Shown one piece after another: positions 43,446-45,971 of a DNA stretch of 45,971 nt. The stretch's first letter is position 1; every line of letters begins with the position of its first letter. This DNA is from Candidatus Woesearchaeota archaeon (GTDB taxonomy: Archaea > Nanobdellota > Nanobdellia > Pacearchaeales > GW2011-AR1): assembly GCA_964555925.1 (NCBI GenBank), contig CAZKUJ010000001.1:1-45971 (forward strand), given 5' to 3'. Both the position numbers and the translations under genes were made by a program. Below the pieces are notes generated by a model. The model was not told the DNA's origin. It did no database searches and saw only the letters and a program-made list of their open reading frames with translations.

Positions 43446-44396
43446 ATGATTAATCCAAATTATGAAAAAATTATCGAAAAAATTGCAAGAATTTCAAATT
43501 CAAGTAAAGAAGAAATTGAAAAAAAAATCGAGGCCAAAAAATCTAAGTTATCAGGATTGATTAGCAAAGAAGGAGCCGCATTAATTGTTGCTTCTGAATT
43601 AGGTATTTCTTTTGAAAACGAAAAGCTGAAAATAGATGAACTTATTCCTGGAATGAGACGAGTTAATGTTTTAGGAAAGATTTTGGATATTTCTCCTGTA
43701 AGAACTTTTAAAACTAAAAGTGGAGATGAATCAAAAGTAGTTAATTTTTGGATGGCTGATGATTCTTCAAATATTAGGGTTGTCCTTTGGGACACAAATC
43801 ATGTTGCAATGGTAGAAGAAGGAAAAATAAAAGACGGAGTTGTTGTTGAAATTAACAACGCATCTATGAGGGATACAGAATTGCATCTAGGGAATTTTTC
43901 AGAAATAAAAATTAGTGAAGAAACAATTCAAAATGCAATTAGTGAAAAAGTATTTAGAGAAAAGAAAATTTCTGATTTTGTAAAAGGAGAGGGCGTTAGA
44001 ATTCGGGCTTTTATTGTTCAGATTTTTGAACCAAGATTTTTTAATGTTTGTCCTGAATGTAAAAAGAAAATAGAAAAAGAGGGTGATGTTTTCATTTGTT
44101 TGACTCATAAGAAGGTTCTTCCTGAAAAAAGGGCAATTGTAAATCTTGTTATTGATGATGGAACCGGCTCTATAAGGGCTGTGTTATTTAATGAAGGATA
44201 CACTACTCTAGGTTTTACAGAACTTGAGAATCCAGAGAAAATGACTGTGCAAAAACAAGATCTTTTAGGCAGAGAAATGCTTTTCTCTGGAAATGTGAGA
44301 TTAAATGCATTTTTCAACAATCTTGAGCTAATTGTTGAAAATGCGAAAAATATAGATTTAGATGAGACTATAAGAATTCTTGAGAATCAGAAATAA
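43446..44396 (+). CDS. replication protein A (RPA/RFA-type ssDNA-binding protein, OB folds + zinc finger)
   Basis: 316 aa. N-terminal helical SKEGAALIVASELG region, OB-fold pattern (VNVLGKILDISPVRTF...VVLWD) and CPECKKK...C..H zinc ribbon inside the second OB fold. Confidence 0.75.
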   Translation: MINPNYEKIIEKIARISNSSKEEIEKKIEAKKSKLSGLISKEGAALIVASELGISFENEKLKIDELIPGMRRVNVLGKILDISPVRTFKTKSGDESKVVNFWMADDSSNIRVVLWDTNHVAMVEEGKIKDGVVVEINNASMRDTELHLGNFSEIKISEETIQNAISEKVFREKKISDFVKGEGVRIRAFIVQIFEPRFFNVCPECKKKIEKEGDVFICLTHKKVLPEKRAIVNLVIDDGTGSIRAVLFNEGYTTLGFTELENPEKMTVQKQDLLGREMLFSGNVRLNAFFNNLELIVENAKNIDLDETIRILENQK

Positions 44397-44415
44397 TCAT
44401 ATATTTTTTAAATTC

Positions 44416-44427
44416 ATCTAAATAAAA
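44416..44427 (+). promoter_or_regulatory. TATA box (ATCTAAATAAAA) centred about 25 nt upstream of ATG 44446
   Basis: Sequence and spacing read directly. Confidence 0.4.
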
Positions 44428-44445
44428 ACAAAGAGATTTTCAAAA

Positions 44446-44904
44446 ATGTTAACAAGAACACATTTAGCGATAACTTTATTTTTTGTCTTAATCTTCCTTA
44501 ACTCTTTTCAAGATAAGATATCTTTTGTTGTGATTGCGCTTATTTCTGCATTAATTCCAGACATTGATTCTAAATTTTCACGCTTAGGCAAGCAAAAAAT
44601 ATTTCGAATTCTTCAATTTTTTATTAAGCACAGGGGAATTTTTCATAGCTTTACTTTTTTGATAATAATTACGCTCTTTTTTGTCTTGTTTTATCCGATT
44701 GTGGCTTTTCCTTTATTTTTAGGATATGGATTGCATTTATTTGCAGATAGTTTTACTCGAAGAGGCATAAGGCCTTTTTATCCCTTAAAAAACAAATTTT
44801 CAGGAATTGTCCTAGTTGGGGGTTTTACAGACATTTCTCTTTTTTTAGGCTTCGCCTTTTTTGATTTAATCTTTATAGGAATTCGGATTTATGGCTATTT
44901 TTAG
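44446..44904 (+). CDS. membrane-bound metal-dependent hydrolase, DUF457/YdjM family
   Basis: 152 aa. THLA...PDIDS...HRGIFHS...GYGLHLFADSFTRRGIRPFYPL. Confidence 0.7.
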   Translation: MLTRTHLAITLFFVLIFLNSFQDKISFVVIALISALIPDIDSKFSRLGKQKIFRILQFFIKHRGIFHSFTFLIIITLFFVLFYPIVAFPLFLGYGLHLFADSFTRRGIRPFYPLKNKFSGIVLVGGFTDISLFLGFAFFDLIFIGIRIYGYF

Positions 44905-44947
44905 AGATATAGTACTCTTTAAATATATACTAAAAATACGAATAATC

Positions 44948-44955
44948 TTTATAAA
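44948..44955 (+). promoter_or_regulatory. TATA box TTTATAAA centred about 25 nt upstream of ATG 44977
   Basis: Sequence and spacing read directly. Confidence 0.45.
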
Positions 44956-44976
44956 CACCTTGTTTTTTAGAACTCC

Positions 44977-45971
44977 ATGACTGTGAAAAAGGATGTTCAG
45001 CAAATTAAAGAAGCTGTTTCTGAAGAGACTAAAAGCATCCCTTCTGAAAAAAACGAACCAACACTTACAGATCTTCCAGGAATAGGTCCTGCTGTATCTG
45101 CTAAACTTGATTCAGCAGGAATATACGACGTAATGAGTCTTGCAGTTATGACTCCTTCTGAACTTTCTGAAGTCGCAGGAATTAGTGCAGCTGTAGCAAG
45201 AAAAGCAATTCAAGCTGCGAGAAATATGCTTGATCTTGGATTTATGGAGGGTACAGAATATGCAAAAAGAAGAGAAAGCATTTTTTACATAACAACAGGA
45301 AGCAAAAACTTCGATACTCTTTTAGGTGGAAAAGGCGTTGAATCCAGATCTATTACAGAAGCTTTTGGGGCTTTTGCTTCTGGAAAAACTCAACTTGGCT
45401 TAACTCTTGCTGTAAATGTTCAGTTACCTATAGAAAAAGGAGGGGTTAGTGGAAAAAGTGTTTTTATTGATACAGAAGGAACATTTAGACCATCGAGAAT
45501 AAAACAGATTGCAGAAAAACTCGAAGCAAACCCTGAAAAAGTCTTGAAGAATATTTTTGTTGCTCGAGCTTTTAACTCTGACCATCAGGTTCTTTTATTA
45601 GATAAAATTACAGAAATGATTAAAAAAGGAGAACCAATTAAACTTATTGTTATTGATTCTTTAACTGCTCATTTTAGGGCAGAATTTGCAGGTAGGGGGC
45701 AATTAGCAGATAGACAACAGAAGCTTAATAGATATATTCATCAGCTTATGAAACTCGCTGAAATGCACAATTTAGCTGTTTATATTACAAATCAAGTTAT
45801 GGCTAATCCTGCCCAATTATTTGGAGATCCCACTACAGCTATTGGAGGGCATATTGTTGGACATGCCTCTACATATAGGATATATCTTAGGAAAGGAAAG
45901 GCTGGCAGCCGAGTGGCAAAAATGATAGATAGTCCAAATCTTCCAGATAATGAAACTGTTTTCAATGTTAC
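44977..45971 (+). CDS. radA: RadA recombinase (3' end truncated by the window edge)
   Basis: Open frame from ATG 44977 to the window end; absent from the ORF track because it has no stop. N-terminal HhH LTDLPGIGPAVSAKL, Walker A GAFASGKTQ, FIDTEGTFRP, Walker B LIVIDSL, NQV...GGHIVGHAS. Confidence 0.95.
   Translation, partial: MTVKKDVQQIKEAVSEETKSIPSEKNEPTLTDLPGIGPAVSAKLDSAGIYDVMSLAVMTPSELSEVAGISAAVARKAIQAARNMLDLGFMEGTEYAKRRESIFYITTGSKNFDTLLGGKGVESRSITEAFGAFASGKTQLGLTLAVNVQLPIEKGGVSGKSVFIDTEGTFRPSRIKQIAEKLEANPEKVLKNIFVARAFNSDHQVLLLDKITEMIKKGEPIKLIVIDSLTAHFRAEFAGRGQLADRQQKLNRYIHQLMKLAEMHNLAVYITNQVMANPAQLFGDPTTAIGGHIVGHASTYRIYLRKGKAGSRVAKMIDSPNLPDNETVFNV

Overview
AT-rich (by eye about 70% A+T, not computed), densely coding window. 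It is archaeal: Orc1/Cdc6, both PolD subunits, RadA, RPA, Hef, aEF-1beta, and TATA boxes about 25 nt upstream of start codons. The small proteins, sparse metabolism and many membrane or pilin-like genes suggest a DPANN-type (Woese-/Pacearchaeota-like) genome, but that is inference only. There are four main blocks. (1) 214-8385 is an accessory region. It holds a Cas4-like nuclease, two MgtE-type TM-only genes, a serine recombinase overlapping an HNH-plus-recombinase-domain gene, and a visibly more G+C-rich stretch. That stretch carries two paralogous coiled-coil/wHTH genes and short repeats, so it is likely an integrated element. (2) 8386-15858 is a candidate oriC (TA/TAA microsatellite plus ORB-like boxes) followed by orc1/cdc6, PolD-small, an HD protein and PolD-large. 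(3) 15931-31199 is housekeeping and mixed genes: purF-like, TctA-like, iscU-fdx-trxB, a DRG-like GTPase, an FmrO/Rmt-like 16S rRNA methyltransferase, an M16 peptidase, an agmatinase-like enzyme, LigT and a split Hef. (4) 32.6-42.1 kb is a complete type IV pilus-like locus, the most interesting system here. It encodes an enlarged ATPase, a 720-aa platform protein, seven [KR]G prepilin-like proteins, three helix-only mini-ORFs missed by the ORF track, and an A24 prepilin peptidase. After it come a HIT-like protein, aEF-1beta, RPA, a DUF457 protein and a 3'-truncated radA. I found no tRNA, rRNA or CRISPR array. All family calls rest on motifs read by eye; no database search was run.
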